The notes: a model not told the origin generated them from the sequence alone. 63,602 nucleotides of DNA, filler included, from Chiloscyllium plagiosum (GCF_004010195.1; 6 parts of 2 records of this genome joined end to end with filler, not necessarily neighbours in it); one strand, 5' to 3'; shown: positions 26,156 through 38,831, numbered from the whole stretch's first letter. Made by a program: numbers and translations.

Positions 26156-27319
26156 AAATCTTTTACTGACTCATCATTCTGTTGCAAGTCGAATATAGAT
26201 CCCTCAACATTGACACCAAAGTTGATAAGTTTGTTGTGAAATCATATAATGTGTTGTCATTCGTTAGCGCCAAAGGTTATGCTGCAGTTCTATTAAGACC
26301 AGGTTGCACTGCACGTGGAGTATTACGTTCAGTTCCGATAGCCTCATTATAGGAAGGTTCTGGAAGCATTTGAGATGGTGCAGAGCAGATTTAACAGGAT
26401 GTTATCTTGACTAAAGGGAATGCCTAGGAATTAAGCTTAAGAGAGATCAGACATTTCTCATTGGAGCAAAGAAGGATGACTTTACGCCATGACTCTTTAA
26501 ACTCAGCAAAATAAGGCAATCAAGAGACTGGACATTTCAATTCCTCCTCTGCAAACATCATGTCGAAACCAGGAAGGAAATCGGTGTTTGTGATATTCAT
26601 AAATATGATGAGAATTTTTGAGATGGTGGGTGATAGGGAAAAGAATGATATCTTATTTTGCAGATGACAAAAAGATTAATTAGGTGGCTTTCCAGTAAAG
26701 AGAAAAGTGGCAATTTACAGGATGATATAAACAGAGAGTTCAGAAAGTCAGATCAGAAACGTAACACTGACAATAGTAAGGTGATGCTCTTCTGAAGAAA
26801 CAAGACAACAGAATACTCAATCTCTGAAGAGAGGCAAAGTTTGCTTGCTTCTTTTCTGTGCAGCAATGAAGCTTTAGGTGTCATCATACTGTGGCAGATC
26901 AGAGTATCAAATATATGGACAGGGTGAACAGACGACAGATGTACTTATTAGTCAAAGAATAAGGAACAAACTATCACACTTCCAAAGTAAAACGCCAGAT
27001 TATGACAGAAGAATTGTGGGAATCAGTCTTGAATTGAAAGGTTGGTATGGGTCTGCGTTGCATCGCTTGGGAGGGTAGTTGAGGCAAGAAATCTCGCAAA
27101 CTTTATAAAGCTGTTGAATCAGTACTTGGCTATGAAGATTCGATGAAGCTCTTCTCTATTGTGTTATTCTATGTGAAGGCAGCCACGGAAGCTCTGATAT
27201 ATTCTGAAAAGCTAACTAATTGCACTTGTTGTTCTGGTCCATCGACTGGCCTGTGCATGTGCGTATATCATAAATCAGCAACATACAATGGAGTTTCAGC
27301 ACTTAGCCAGCATAGGACT

Positions 27320-27682
27320 TGAAGTGTGAATTAATATAGGTAAACACGATGATGAGAGGCAAAGTAGAAAGGATAGCCAGAGACTTTTCCGAGGAAATGT
27401 CTTTCCCAAGGAATCATAATTTTAAGATGATGAAGGAAATTTTTGGAAGATGCTAGAGATATGCTCTTTACACAGAGAGTGGTGGGTACGTGGAATGCAC
27501 TGTCAGTGGCGGTGGTAGAGTCATATACATTAGGAACATCTAACCGGCTATTGGATAGGCACGCGGATGAGTGTAAAACGAAGATTACGATGGTTGGTTT
27601 GATCTTCGAGTATGATAAAACGTCGTCACAGCATCGAGAGTAGAAGGATCTGTATTCTGCTGTACTGTTCTGTGTTCTATGT
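27320..27682 (+). mobile_element. CR1 3' end immediately upstream of GPCR exon copy 2
   Basis: FTQRVVGTWNAL... and tail TGTACTGTTCTGTGTTCTATG. Confidence 0.8.
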
Positions 27683-27913
27683 TTTCCTGAAAGGGTTTAG
27701 CAGGAGCTGTTTGTTTAGCGACTGTTATTAATATCTGTCTCTATTGATCCTAATTGTGTCACTGGAAGATTTACCTCTTTGATTAATAAGGCGCTTCCTT
27801 TAACGTGACAGATCACTTCATGGGCATCATCAGCCCCGATATGCTTCTGATCAGCTGCTCCGGTGAGAGGCTGGGGGAGTGAATCGGAGAACAAGGAACT
27901 GGATATTGCAGTA

Positions 27914-28088
27914 ATGATTCAGAATCTGAGTGCAACAGACTGGAATGTTCCAACGCTGAACAGAAGCTTATCTCTGGGACTTCTTTTCCTTTCAGGAGAT
28001 TGGGTTTGGTTAGAATTGCGGATTCGAGCCGTACTAATGATAATTCAGGTGGGTTACGATCCCATCCTCGCTATTGTTGGTGTTCCTG
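27914..28088 (+). CDS. First coding exon of GPR139-like GPCR (copy 2): N-terminus and start of TM1
   Basis: MIQNLSATDWNVPTLNRSLSLGLLFLSGDWVWLELRIRAVLMIIQVGYDPILAIVGVP, open frame, canonical phase-1 donor G|GTAAGT, sequons NLS and NRS. Confidence 0.7.
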
Positions 28089-29029
28089 GTAAGTCTATCT
28101 TTGTCAACTCTATAACCTATTGCGAGCATCAGTTTTTTTGATATCATTTCTACTCGACAAAGTCATAAACTATTATCTTCAGTTTCACTCCATTCCATTT
28201 CCACGAATTTCACACTCTTCATTTTCAAACACCTTAAAACGATTGATCAGATTATAGAGTCTCCCTTTTCAACTGAACTGTTTTGTGTTTCTGCATTCTG
28301 TCCGCCATCAAGCCTGTCCACAATCCACCTGCATATGTCCCCAGTCTCCACCAATGCACCAGTGTCATAATCTACCATTTTGTTCACGTCACACCATATG
28401 GCTCCAGGTTTCTTCTTACCACTCTTCCAATTACAAAAATTTTGACCACAAACTTGTTTTTTTTTTCTTTCAACAGCAATTTCATGATCGGGACTCCATA
28501 TCAGAGAATGAACGTCACTGAAAGTGTAATTTAGAGGCATGAGGTTTTGCTCAAAAGGCGTTTTTTTTTCTAATCATACCATAGAGCTTAAATTTGAAAA
28601 ATAAAATTGTAATGAAATGTAACCTCACTAATGGCAACTATAAAATATCCAAAATTATTTTATTGAGGCCTACATGTTTCACTGATGCCTTTGGTATAGA
28701 CGTTGAACATCATTTCTCTGTATGGACTAGGCGTGACGTTAGACTTACAACAATATGGTCGGCCTCACAATCAAGTTTAATTACTGATGGGCAACACAGG
28801 CAGCTCTTTCCAGCAATGGTAGTATCTCAAAAAATAACAATATAATAGCTGAAACAAGCAAATAAATGGTGGACGCTCGAGATCTGAAACAAATTCTCCC
28901 TCACTTTCAGATAATGTAGAATCTCAGCAGGTATGGCAGTCTCTGTCGGGATAAACAGATAACTTTCCTAGTCCTGTGGTCCAACATCAGATTATTACTT
29001 GAACGGCTATGCTAGCAGCTATTGGAAAT

Positions 29030-32000
29030 CTGGATCACGAGATAATTTTAGGATTTGGTTAAGAAACATAAGAAGGCATTTGTCAGGTATAGGCAGCAGA
29101 GATCGAGTGAATGCTTAGAACAATATAAAGACAGTGGGAGTATGCACGAGTAAAATGAGCAGGGGAAAAAGGGACAAAGAGATAGCTTTTGCAAATACGG
29201 TTGAGGAGAATCTAATGGGATTTTATGAATTCGTTAAGGACAAAACATCAACTACAGAGATAATATGATCCATCATCTATCTGCATGGCAGCGTATGCAT
29301 TGGACCGCAAGAGATGGGCTGATGCTAAATGGATATTTTGCGTCACTGTTTACTGGGGAGAAGGATATGGAATAAATAGAATGTGGGGAACTATTTGGTG
29401 ACATCTTGAAAAATGCCCACCTGACAGAGGAAAAGGCCCTGAATGTCTTAAACCGAAAAAAGGTTAAAACCCCAGGACGTGATCAGGTGTTGTGTAGAAC
29501 TCAGTTGGAATCCAATGCAGTGATTGCTTGACTGCTTGTCAGACATTTGGATCATCAATAGTCGCAGTTGAGGTGCGGCAGTCCGGAGGTTGGACAGCAG
29601 GTTACCACTATTTCAAAAGGTGGTAAGGAAATGTCAGGGAATTATAGATTGGTGTGCCTGAAATTGGTGGCTGACAAATTATAGAGCGAATCCTGACGGA
29701 GAGGAATTGCAAGTATTTTTCAAAGCAAGGACTGATTAGGAAACGTCAACATGGCTGTGTGCATGTGGAGGTGTTGTGCTGGAACACCACAGCCTGTCAC
29801 GCAGCATCTGAAGAGTAAGAAAATGGACGTTTCTGGAATATGTTCTTCATCAGCAAAGAGGGGGTGGCCCAAAAGGCCAATGTGGACTGAGAGATAAAGG
29901 GAGGTGTGGGTCTGGGGATGGTGGTGGGGGAATGTAGCTGGGAATGCAACAGGTAGATGAAGTTGGGAAGAAAGTCGCGAGGAGGGTGGAACAGATAGGT
30001 GGGAAAGAAGATGGAGAGCAAGGGCAGGGCATGAGGGCAGTGCCGAGTTAGAAGGTTGGAAATGAAATAAATTAAGATGGTGAGAAGGGAAATCCGAAAA
30101 GTCCACAATGATCCCATATGGTTGGAACGTTCCAAGGCAGAAGATGAGGCATTCTTCCCCCACGCATTTTGTGGTCAGGATTTAGCAGTGGATAAGTCAC
30201 AGGACGTGCATACCATTGGAGGATTCGGAGGGGGATTTAAGTTGTTCGGACACGGGACATTGCTGTTGTTTCATGCGTGTGTCCCAGAGATGTTCTCTGA
30301 AATGATTCAAACGTTGGCGTCATGTATCCCCGATGCAAACAACATCGAGAGCAACGAGTAGAGTGGATGACGTGCGTGGAAGTACAGATAAATCTCTTTC
30401 GGATGTGACAGGATCCTTTGGGGCCTTGAACGGAGGTGAGCAGGGAGGGGTGAGCGCAGGGTTTATACTTCTTGCGGTGGCAACGCAAGGTGTTTTGATT
30501 GGAATGTGTATTGGTGGGGAGCGTGGATATAACAGTGGAGTCACCGAGGAAATGATCTTTGCGGAATGCAGAAAGTTTTTTTCGGGAGAATATATCCCTC
30601 GTGGTAGTATCTGACTAGAGATGACACAAATAGCGGAGGATGATGCGGTATATCCGGAGGTTGATGGGGTAAAAGGTGAGGACTGGGCGTTCTTGTTGTG
30701 ATTGGAGGGTTGGAGTTCACGCCAGAGGTGGATAAGTGGAGGAGATGCGCTGGGGGCATCATCGACCACGTGGTGGAGGAATTTTCTCTCTTTAAAGAAA
30801 GAGGCCATCTGGAATGTTCTATTGTGGAATTGGTCCTCTTGGAAGCAGATTGGTTGTAGGCAGAGAAATTCTGAAAGAAGGATAGACATTTTACAGGAGG
30901 CAGAGTGGGAGGAGGTACAGTCCAGCTAGCAATGGGACAACATGGGAAAGTAATAGTGCTATTTGAAGAACTCTATGTGTTGTCCTCCTCTGCCTTGGGA
31001 CCATCCAGCCACCCAGTATCAATGTGCATTTCACCCGTTTCCATATTTTACCATCCCCTGCCAAATCCCAGATCCAAACTGCCAACTAGGCACTTCCTCC
31101 TTGACCTGTCTTACCTGTCCATCTTCCTTCCCACCTATCACCTCACCCTCCTCTGTGACCTATTACCTTCACCCCCAAGAGCATCAAACCCTTTGAGTCT
31201 GATCTCTACAGATGCAGTCCTCATTTTCTCCTTTGTACATGGGAAATCATGTCTCACTAAATCAATTCAGTTTTTGAAGAAGAAACAAACATTAATGAAA
31301 GCACAGGGTGATCTATGTAAATTTCAGTAAGACATTCGAAAATGTTCATTCCAGTAAACTGGTTTGCAAAGTTATATCACACGCATTACATGGGGATCCA
31401 GACATTTGGATACAGAACTGGCTCGAAGGTGGAAGACAGAGGATGGTGCTGGAGGATTGTTCTTCAGGCTGGAGTACTTTGGCCATCAGTGTGAAAAAAA
31501 GGATTGGTGCTGGGGATACAGCATTTCGTTACATATACAAATTACTTGGATTTGACAATGTGAGGTAATTTAGGACTTTTGCAGATGACAGCAAATTTGA
31601 GGTAGAGTTAATAGTGAAAAAGACTAGCTCAGGGTGCAATAGGTTCTTGATCAGACAGGCCAGTGGACCGACGATTGGCAGATGGAGTTTAATGGAGATA
31701 AATATATGGTTATGCATTTTGGAAAGACAAATTATGGCAGGACTTAGAAACATAATGGTAAGATCCTGGGACGTGCTGTTAAAGAAAGTAACAAAGGAGT
31801 GCAGAACCATAGTTTCTTGTAAGTTGAGTCGCTGGTGGATAGGACAGTGAAGAATGCATTTGGGATGCTTTCATTTATTGTTGATACCACTGAGTTTAGG
31901 AGTTGGGAGATTATTTTACACCTGCACAAGACATTCCTTAGGGTAATTTTGGAATATTGTGTAATGTTATGGTTTCTCCAGTGTAGTAAGGATGTTGTGA

Positions 32001-32490
32001 AACTTGTAAAGGTGCAGAAAGGGTTTATAATAATGCTGCCAGAGCTGGAGGATTTGAGCTGTACAGAGAGACTGAACAGGCTGGGGCTGTTTTCCCTGGA
32101 GTGTCGGCTTCTGAGTGCTGACATTATGGAGACTTATACAATCAAGAGGGGCATGTATTGGGTAAGTAGACTAGGTCTTTTCCCTGGGGTGGAGGCATCC
32201 ACAACTAGAGGACAATGTTTCCTGGTCCAGGACGAAAGAGTTATAAGCGCTATCATAGCCAACGTTTTCACACAAATGTTGGTGCATTAATGCAATGAGC
32301 TGCTAGAGGAAGAGGTGGAGACTGGTTCAATTTAAGCATAAAAAAACGTCCATATTGGTTTATCCATAATGAAGGGTGAAGAGGGATATGGGGTAATATA
32401 TGTAAAATCGTACTGGATGTAGGAAATCGGGTCGGCATGGACAGGTTGGATGGAAAAATCTGTTTGAGCGTTGTCCATGTCTGTGATTCT
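29030..32490 (+). mobile_element. CR1 ORF2 relic split by a Penelope insertion
   Basis: Coding remnants stop at ...QHG.VH (29765) and resume at FVHGKSCLT (31231), then FADDSK, C-terminal domain and 3' UTR. Confidence 0.8.
29766..31230 (-). mobile_element. Penelope-like retroelement with inverted segment and degenerate 11-bp TSD
   Basis: SILLSEFLCLQPICFQEDQF..MASFFKER and EECLIFCLGTFQPYGI (GIY-YIG C-terminus). Inverted copy at about 30950-31230. Flanks CTGTGTGCATG / CTTTGTACATG (9/11). Confidence 0.8.
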
Positions 32491-33661
32491 CTGGCTCTAT
32501 CAGAAAGTATATATGAAATAATATTATTTGTGCTGATATCAGGGATTGGGGGTGTTGGGGGTGAGGTTAGAGTTGAATGGATGGAGAAATGTACCGATGA
32601 AGACAGAGAAAATTTAAGAGACGCAAGTAAACAAATTGCTGATGAAGAACCGGGTGGAAAATAAATTGTGAGGTCAAGTTAACATTTCCCCCTTTCCTAA
32701 ATTCACGAATTTCACCACTATTTGTTCATGTCCCTGCTTAAAGTGGGTTGTGTTCCCTTTCTCTCTCTTCTCCAATTGTGGTGTTCAAAACCATCAGCAA
32801 TACTGGTTGATGAGATACAGAGAAAGGCATTGTTACGTTATCAACTGCTTCAATGTAAAAAGGAACTGTTCATGTAAGACTTTCAGGAAATATAACGGCT
32901 CTTTCAGACACGGAGATAAACCGAGAAGAGGAAGAAATTTTCAACTCTAATGGTTTGCGCCGTGTGTGTGTGTGTGTGTGGATTTGACTTGCAGCTGGCA
33001 TTGGAAAGTCAGTGGAGTTTTCGTGCATGATTTTTCTTTGGGTTGTGTTTTCAGCTGCTGTCTTCATTCAGCAAGGTCCAGGGGTCTGGTGACCGCATTC
33101 TGGACGATGTATGGGGTACTGCATTTACAATGTATCTGAGTTGAAGGTAAAACGTGGAGCCAAGACTACACAGAAGGGAAGCTCTACAAAACAGAAGATG
33201 CAGGGGACTGCACTATCTTCCCTGGAATTTCGCAGTCAATGTGGGTCTACAAAATAATCAACAAATTAAGCACAAATTCCAGAGAGGGTGTGCACTGACA
33301 AAATTGAAAGGCCTCTTTTGTAGCTGGAATGGGTTTTCCAATTACATTTTCCAAAGTTTCCCCAAACAGCGTGTACAACAGTCTTGAGGAGTTGAATGGT
33401 CTCCTCTGTTTCTGTGCTCTAGATACCAGGAGCAAATGACCTTCGCCTAATCCTGTGTAGTACATGTAAAGGCTGAATGGAATAGGAACACGCAGGAATG
33501 AAGAGGAGTCGGTCATTAGACATTTTGCCACTGCTCCAGAAGACACTAAATCTGTGGCTAATCTGGATGTAGTCTGAGCTGCATTTTCCTGTCAGCAATT
33601 CATTATCTTTCACTCAATTTTCTGTCAAATGGCTAACAAGGGCAGCTTTTAATAAATCTTC

Positions 33662-33881
33662 GAGGAGAAAGTGAGGACTGCAGATACTGGAGATCAGAGC
33701 TGAAAAATGTGTTGCTGGAAAGGTGCAGCAGGTCAGGCAGCATCTAAGGAACAGGAGAATCGACGTTTCGGGCATAGGCCCTCTCAAGGAATCAAGAAGG
33801 GCTTATGCCCGAAACGTCGATTCTCCTGTTCCTTGGATGCTGCCTGACCTGCTGCGCTTTTCCAGCAACACATTTTCAGCT
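33662..33881. mobile_element. Palindromic Penelope-derived element (head-to-head terminal repeats)
   Basis: Arms 33698-33782 and 33798-33881 are near-perfect reverse complements and match the Penelope end at 37056-37173. Confidence 0.85.
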
Positions 33882-36700
33882 TTTAATTAATGCAAACACC
33901 CAGACACAACAAACTTCTGGCAACCTTGAACTGCCCTTTTCACTCACTCTTGTTTGACCTAAGTTAGGGGGCACTGTGTCATTTTCTAGTTGCATTCCTC
34001 CAATGATCACGACACAATTGCAATATAAATACGTTGGGGATATGACAGGTACGTAGATCTCAAACTGTATCAGGTTCAATATTTTAAACAGGTCATGTGG
34101 GTTTCTCTATACTGCAATAACTAACTAGCTTATTACCAGAACAAAGTTACTGAAACTGTCATGATAAGACGAATGACAAATAGTTCACACTTTGTAGATA
34201 TATGTATCAGTATGTCCTTTTCCAAAATTATTGATATTAGCACACTCAAGTGCTCATGGAAGTACACACAGAAACAGACACCTGAGGAAAAGTAAAATCC
34301 ATGAAATCTCCGCAGACTCTCAGTATAAAATACCTTAGTCCAAAAATAATTCAACTCATGATTAAAGGAAAACCAACAGAATGTCCCAAATGTTCTTCTG
34401 CTTCTGAAGTTATTCTTCTCACAGGCTTTGGCAAATGGCTTTCCTGTAGGAACAGTTAGCCCAATGGACAGAAATCTTTATCGTCAGAACAAGGCAATTT
34501 CCAATGAATCCTTGACTGCAACCCTTCATGTGGTAAAATTGACAGATGGATTTTCAGCTCACGAACATTTTTGTGAGGAGAGAGAGAGACAAAGAGAGAC
34601 AGAATGCGACAGAAAGGCAGATAGAGTGTGTTTGACGGGGAAATTAAGCTGTCGTTGTCAGGAGGATTAAGCTTTCTCCCTCTCTGTGTTGAATCATTCA
34701 GTAATGTTATCCGTGCCCTAAACTGGACCATGTGAAATCTCCTTGACTATTCTCTGACTGTATGACTCAATTCAGTTCTCTTATCCGTGTCGGTGCAGCA
34801 CAGCTGCTATTGGATCCAATGCCATTTCTGTACTAAAATGAGTACCCATTTTACAATTTGAAGGCATGTCTATATGTGCCCATGTATTTGTTATATAAAT
34901 GATGTCCTCATAATAGCCATTTTAAAATGAATGCCTCCTATTCTTCAAATTGAATCCCCCGTCTTAGTCTCCAAAAAAGTAGGAAACATCCATCCTGAGT
35001 CAGTTTGCTCAAGATCTGATGTGGTTCAATATGGACATCTCTCACTTTCAGGCGTGAACTGTTAATTCTTTGTAACATAAGACCTCCGCCCCAGGACAGA
35101 GTAAAGTGATACATCTTTGAATAATGTTCTGAAGCAGTTGTATCTTTTTTTGTAAAACCGTTTAAGGGAATGAAAACTGCACTTCAACGTGGTCTCGGCA
35201 ATGCCCCGTACAGATACAGTAAAATATTGCTGCGATTCAAACCAACACACTTTGCAAGAGACAGTATTATTCCATTTAGCTTCCCGACCACTTGCTGCAC
35301 CTAGAAACTGACTTCATCTGTTTCATCACGGATGCAAACAACCCTCTGTTCCATCAAATTCTGAACCCTCTTTTCATTCAGATTGTTTGCTGTTGTTAGC
35401 TCCTCCGACTAAAACAAAAACATCCCTTCACCCACATTACACAACTTATGCTAAAGCTATGATCACGAACCTCCCCTGCCTGTAACCCATTGCAGAAGAT
35501 GGGCCTCCATTTGACAATTCATTGACATACAACGGCCTCCATGGGACGTTAGGTTATCAGCTAATTGAGTTCCAACAAAATCGGTCCGTTGAAATAAACC
35601 ATTAATATAGTTTGTAAATCATTGATGACACCACCGTGAAGAGTGAGGCACTCCACTAGATATAGTTTTTACCAGCCGAAATAAAACATTTATCTCGACT
35701 CTGTATTTTCTGAAAATAGCCAGGTCTCCCCTTTTCCTGAATATCAGTCTAGAACTTTTGAAAAGCATCGTGCCGTATTGTTTATGTTCATAGGTTTCTG
35801 TGTGTCTTGATGTTTTTCTATTCATGTCCAAATTCTTAGGGCAGTGGAATTGACTCCATCTGTCTCATAATGACCCTGACTGGCTGAAAGGAATCTTTAT
35901 CCATCTTCGAATAAAGTCGAATATTGGATGAGGAGAAGAATATATAACTTAGTAACAGCAGTTGATTGCAGAGTATTTTTTTATCGAAAGCGATCTCTCG
36001 AGCTTTCTGCTCCATTCAGAATGTACATTGTTGATGTAATTTTGCCTAAACATCCAGTTCCTCCCTGTTTCCTCTAAACATTGACTCACTTGTCCATGAG
36101 ATGACAGTTGAGCTCAGGCTGCATTCCGTTAATACCCCAGCTTTCATGGCTGGCTGAATCACTGCCGCCTGCTCCTCTGTAACTGACTCGAACAGCTGAA
36201 TAGTGTCATCCAGTCTCAAGGCTCAAGATGCTGAATTACTTCCTCCTTTTGCTAGTGAGACTGAATAGCATAGTTCTGTTTCTGTGTAACAGTGTCGACA
36301 AGCTGAATGGCCTCTACATGCTCGCCTGTAATAGACACATGAGGCTACATGGCTGCGTTCCGATCCTCAATTTGAGAGTCTTAAAGGAAACCCTACCTTG
36401 CTTCCCTGACTGTCTCGAAGGAAATATATGTTTTGTACATTCACAGGATGAGGGCTTCGCGGGCCATTTATTATTTACTGCTATCTCCAATTACACATTA
36501 AGCAGTTATGCTGCAACCACATTGCTGTGGACCTGAAGCTTCATGTGGGGCAGACCGGGTATGGTCAATTAATTCCTTTCCTAAAGGGAATCGTAAGGGA
36601 NNNNNNNNNNNNNNNNNNNNNNNNNNNNNNNNNNNNNNNNNNNNTTAATTAATTAANNNNNNNNNNNNNNNNNNNNNNNNNNNNNNNNNNNNNNNNNNNN

Positions 36701-37174
36701 TGAGGATATGCAGGTCTTTGGACTCCTCCATCGTCAGTCCACAACAAAACGACGGTTGGAGGAGGAACGCCTCATCTTCCGGCTAGGAACTCTCCAACCA
36801 CAAGGGATGAACTCGGGTTTCACCAGTTTCCTCATTTCCCCTCCCCCCACCTTGTCTCAGTCAAATCCATCGAATTCAGCACCGCCTTCCTAACCTGCAA
36901 TCTTCTTCCCGACCTCTCCGCCCCCACCCCAGTCTGACCTATCACCCTCACCTTGACCTCTTTCCACCTATCACATTTCCGACGCCCCTCCCCCAAGTCC
37001 CTCCTCCCTATCTTTTATCTTAGCCTGCTGGACCAATTTTCCTCATTCCTGAAGAAGGGCTAATGCCCGAAACGTCTATTCTCCTGTTCCCTGGATGCTG
37101 CCTGACTTGCTGCGCTTTTCCAGCAACACATTTCCATCTCTGATCTTCAGCATCTGCAGACCTCACTTTCTCCT
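36701..37174 (+). mobile_element. Penelope-like element 3' end (GIY-YIG C-terminus plus terminal repeat)
   Basis: RRLEEERLIFRLGTLQPQGMN, pyrimidine-rich UTR, hammerhead motif. Confidence 0.85.
37040..37085 (+). ncRNA. Minimal type I hammerhead ribozyme motif
   Basis: CTGAAGA-A-GGGC(TAAT)GCCC-GAAA-CGTC: intact core, perfect stem II, palindromic ACGT stem III. Stem I is weak in this copy. Confidence 0.6.
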
Positions 37175-37735
37175 TTGGTCAGATCAAATTTGGATTATTG
37201 TGCACAGTTTTGGATCCCATATCTCAGGAAGAATGTACTGGCCCAGGAACGTTTTCCAAGGAGATTCACGAGAATGGTCTCAGTAAAGCAAAGCTTAACA
37301 TATGAAGAAGATCTGAGGGCTCTGGGTCTATATTTCATAGAGTTCAGAAGGATATTAAGAGTTATAATTGAAACTTACAGAATACCGAATGACCTCGACA
37401 GAGTGGATATTGGAAATATATTTCCAATGGTAGGAGAGACTAGGACACGTGGGTACAGAGTACAGAGGAGACCTTTAGAACAGAGATAAGGAAAAACCAC
37501 TTCAGCCAGTGAGTGCTGAATCTACGGAATTCACTACTACAGAAGGCTGCCGAGGCAAGGTCATTGAATATATTTAAGAGTGAGACAGAAAGGTTCTTTA
37601 TTGTAATGACGATCAACGGTTACAAGTAGACAGCGGGAGAATGGAGTTGAGAAGCTGAACAGCCATCATTGAATGACGGAGCAGGCTCAATGGGCTGAAT
37701 GGCCAAATTTCTGCTCCTATGTCTTCTGGTTGTGT
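37175..37735 (+). mobile_element. CR1-group LINE 3' fragment
   Basis: LVRSNLDYCAQFWIPYLRKNVLA...FTRM... Confidence 0.8.
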
Positions 37736-38537
37736 GGTTAATATTGGCTCTCCTCATTCCTCATTGGAGATGTATCCTGGAATTTGATCTCAATATGATT
37801 TATAAAGAGTAACATTCCAATAATGATGACTGGGAAATATCATGTTCTCTCCCTCCAGTCTCAGCAGCCATGACCCCAATATCATAATCATACTGAAATT
37901 TAAATCCAGTGAATGGTACTTAGTCACAGTTGATTGACATCGATAACATTAACATCATGACCCTCACCTGCCCTCTCTGATCCTCGAATAACCATCTGAA
38001 TTGTATACCACACCATACTCTCTGTTAACATATTCATGTCCATTTGTCTGCTATAACGCATGTTGCCCATAGGCATATTTCCCTGTCAGATTATGGACTA
38101 GAAAAGTTCTCTCTAAGTTTTACTGACATTATAATCACTGATCACTAGTTACAGACTGTATGTTTCCATTTATAAACGGAAAAACTTGTTTATGTTCTGA
38201 CAATCCTATGACATTACTCCCATATCCATTACACACAACTATCTCCAATATTCCTTTCCTTAGTCACCCCGACATATTGCATGCCAAATGTGTAAATATT
38301 AAACGTTCTTTTGAATTTTAATAAAATCAGTATTGAATTTAAAGGGGTTAACTGGAGTTATTTGTTCAGTGTCTGTGATTATTGTCAATCTCCGTGGATC
38401 CTAATTATCCCAGTGGAGTGTTTCCATCATTGAATGATAAATGGGCTCTCTCAATGAGTTATCCCATAGTACGAGTAGGAACATCACTGATAGCACTAAC
38501 AGGGATCTGCAGCTCGAGAGAGAGGGGGAGAAAAGAT

Positions 38538-38704
38538 AAGAATCTGCGACCATTAGACTGAATGTTACAATAATGTTTCAGAATGTGAGGACCTTGGATT
38601 GGAATGTTCCAACATTGGTTCAGAATCTGAGAACATTAGACTGGAATGTTCCAACAATGGATCAGAATCTGAGAACAATAGACTGGAATGTTACAGCAAT
38701 GGAC
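38538..38704 (+). repeat. 42-bp coding tandem repeat, 4 units (first is 41 bp and lies mostly upstream of the ATG)
   Basis: Units start at 38538, 38579, 38621 and 38663; consensus CAGAATCTGAGAACATTAGACTGGAATGTTCCAACAATGGAT. Confidence 0.95.
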
Positions 38705-38831
38705 AGGAGTTTATCTGATGGTCTTTACTGGCTTTCTCAGCCTTGGATATCATTAGCATCACGGATCCAGGATATTCTTTGGATTATTCAAGGTGGTTAC
38801 TATCCCATCCTCGCTATAGTTGGCGTTCCTG
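38573..38831 (+). CDS. First coding exon of GPR139-like GPCR (copy 3), best preserved
   Basis: 86 codons ending ...RIQDILWIIQGGYYPILAIVGVP, then phase-1 donor G|GTAAGT. YYPILAIVGVP resembles GPR139 TM1 YYSLLLCLGLP. Confidence 0.8.

Noticed and set aside
38538..38704. CRISPR-like repeat array
   Set aside because: Contiguous in-frame 42-bp units with no unique spacers, no cas genes, and a vertebrate context.
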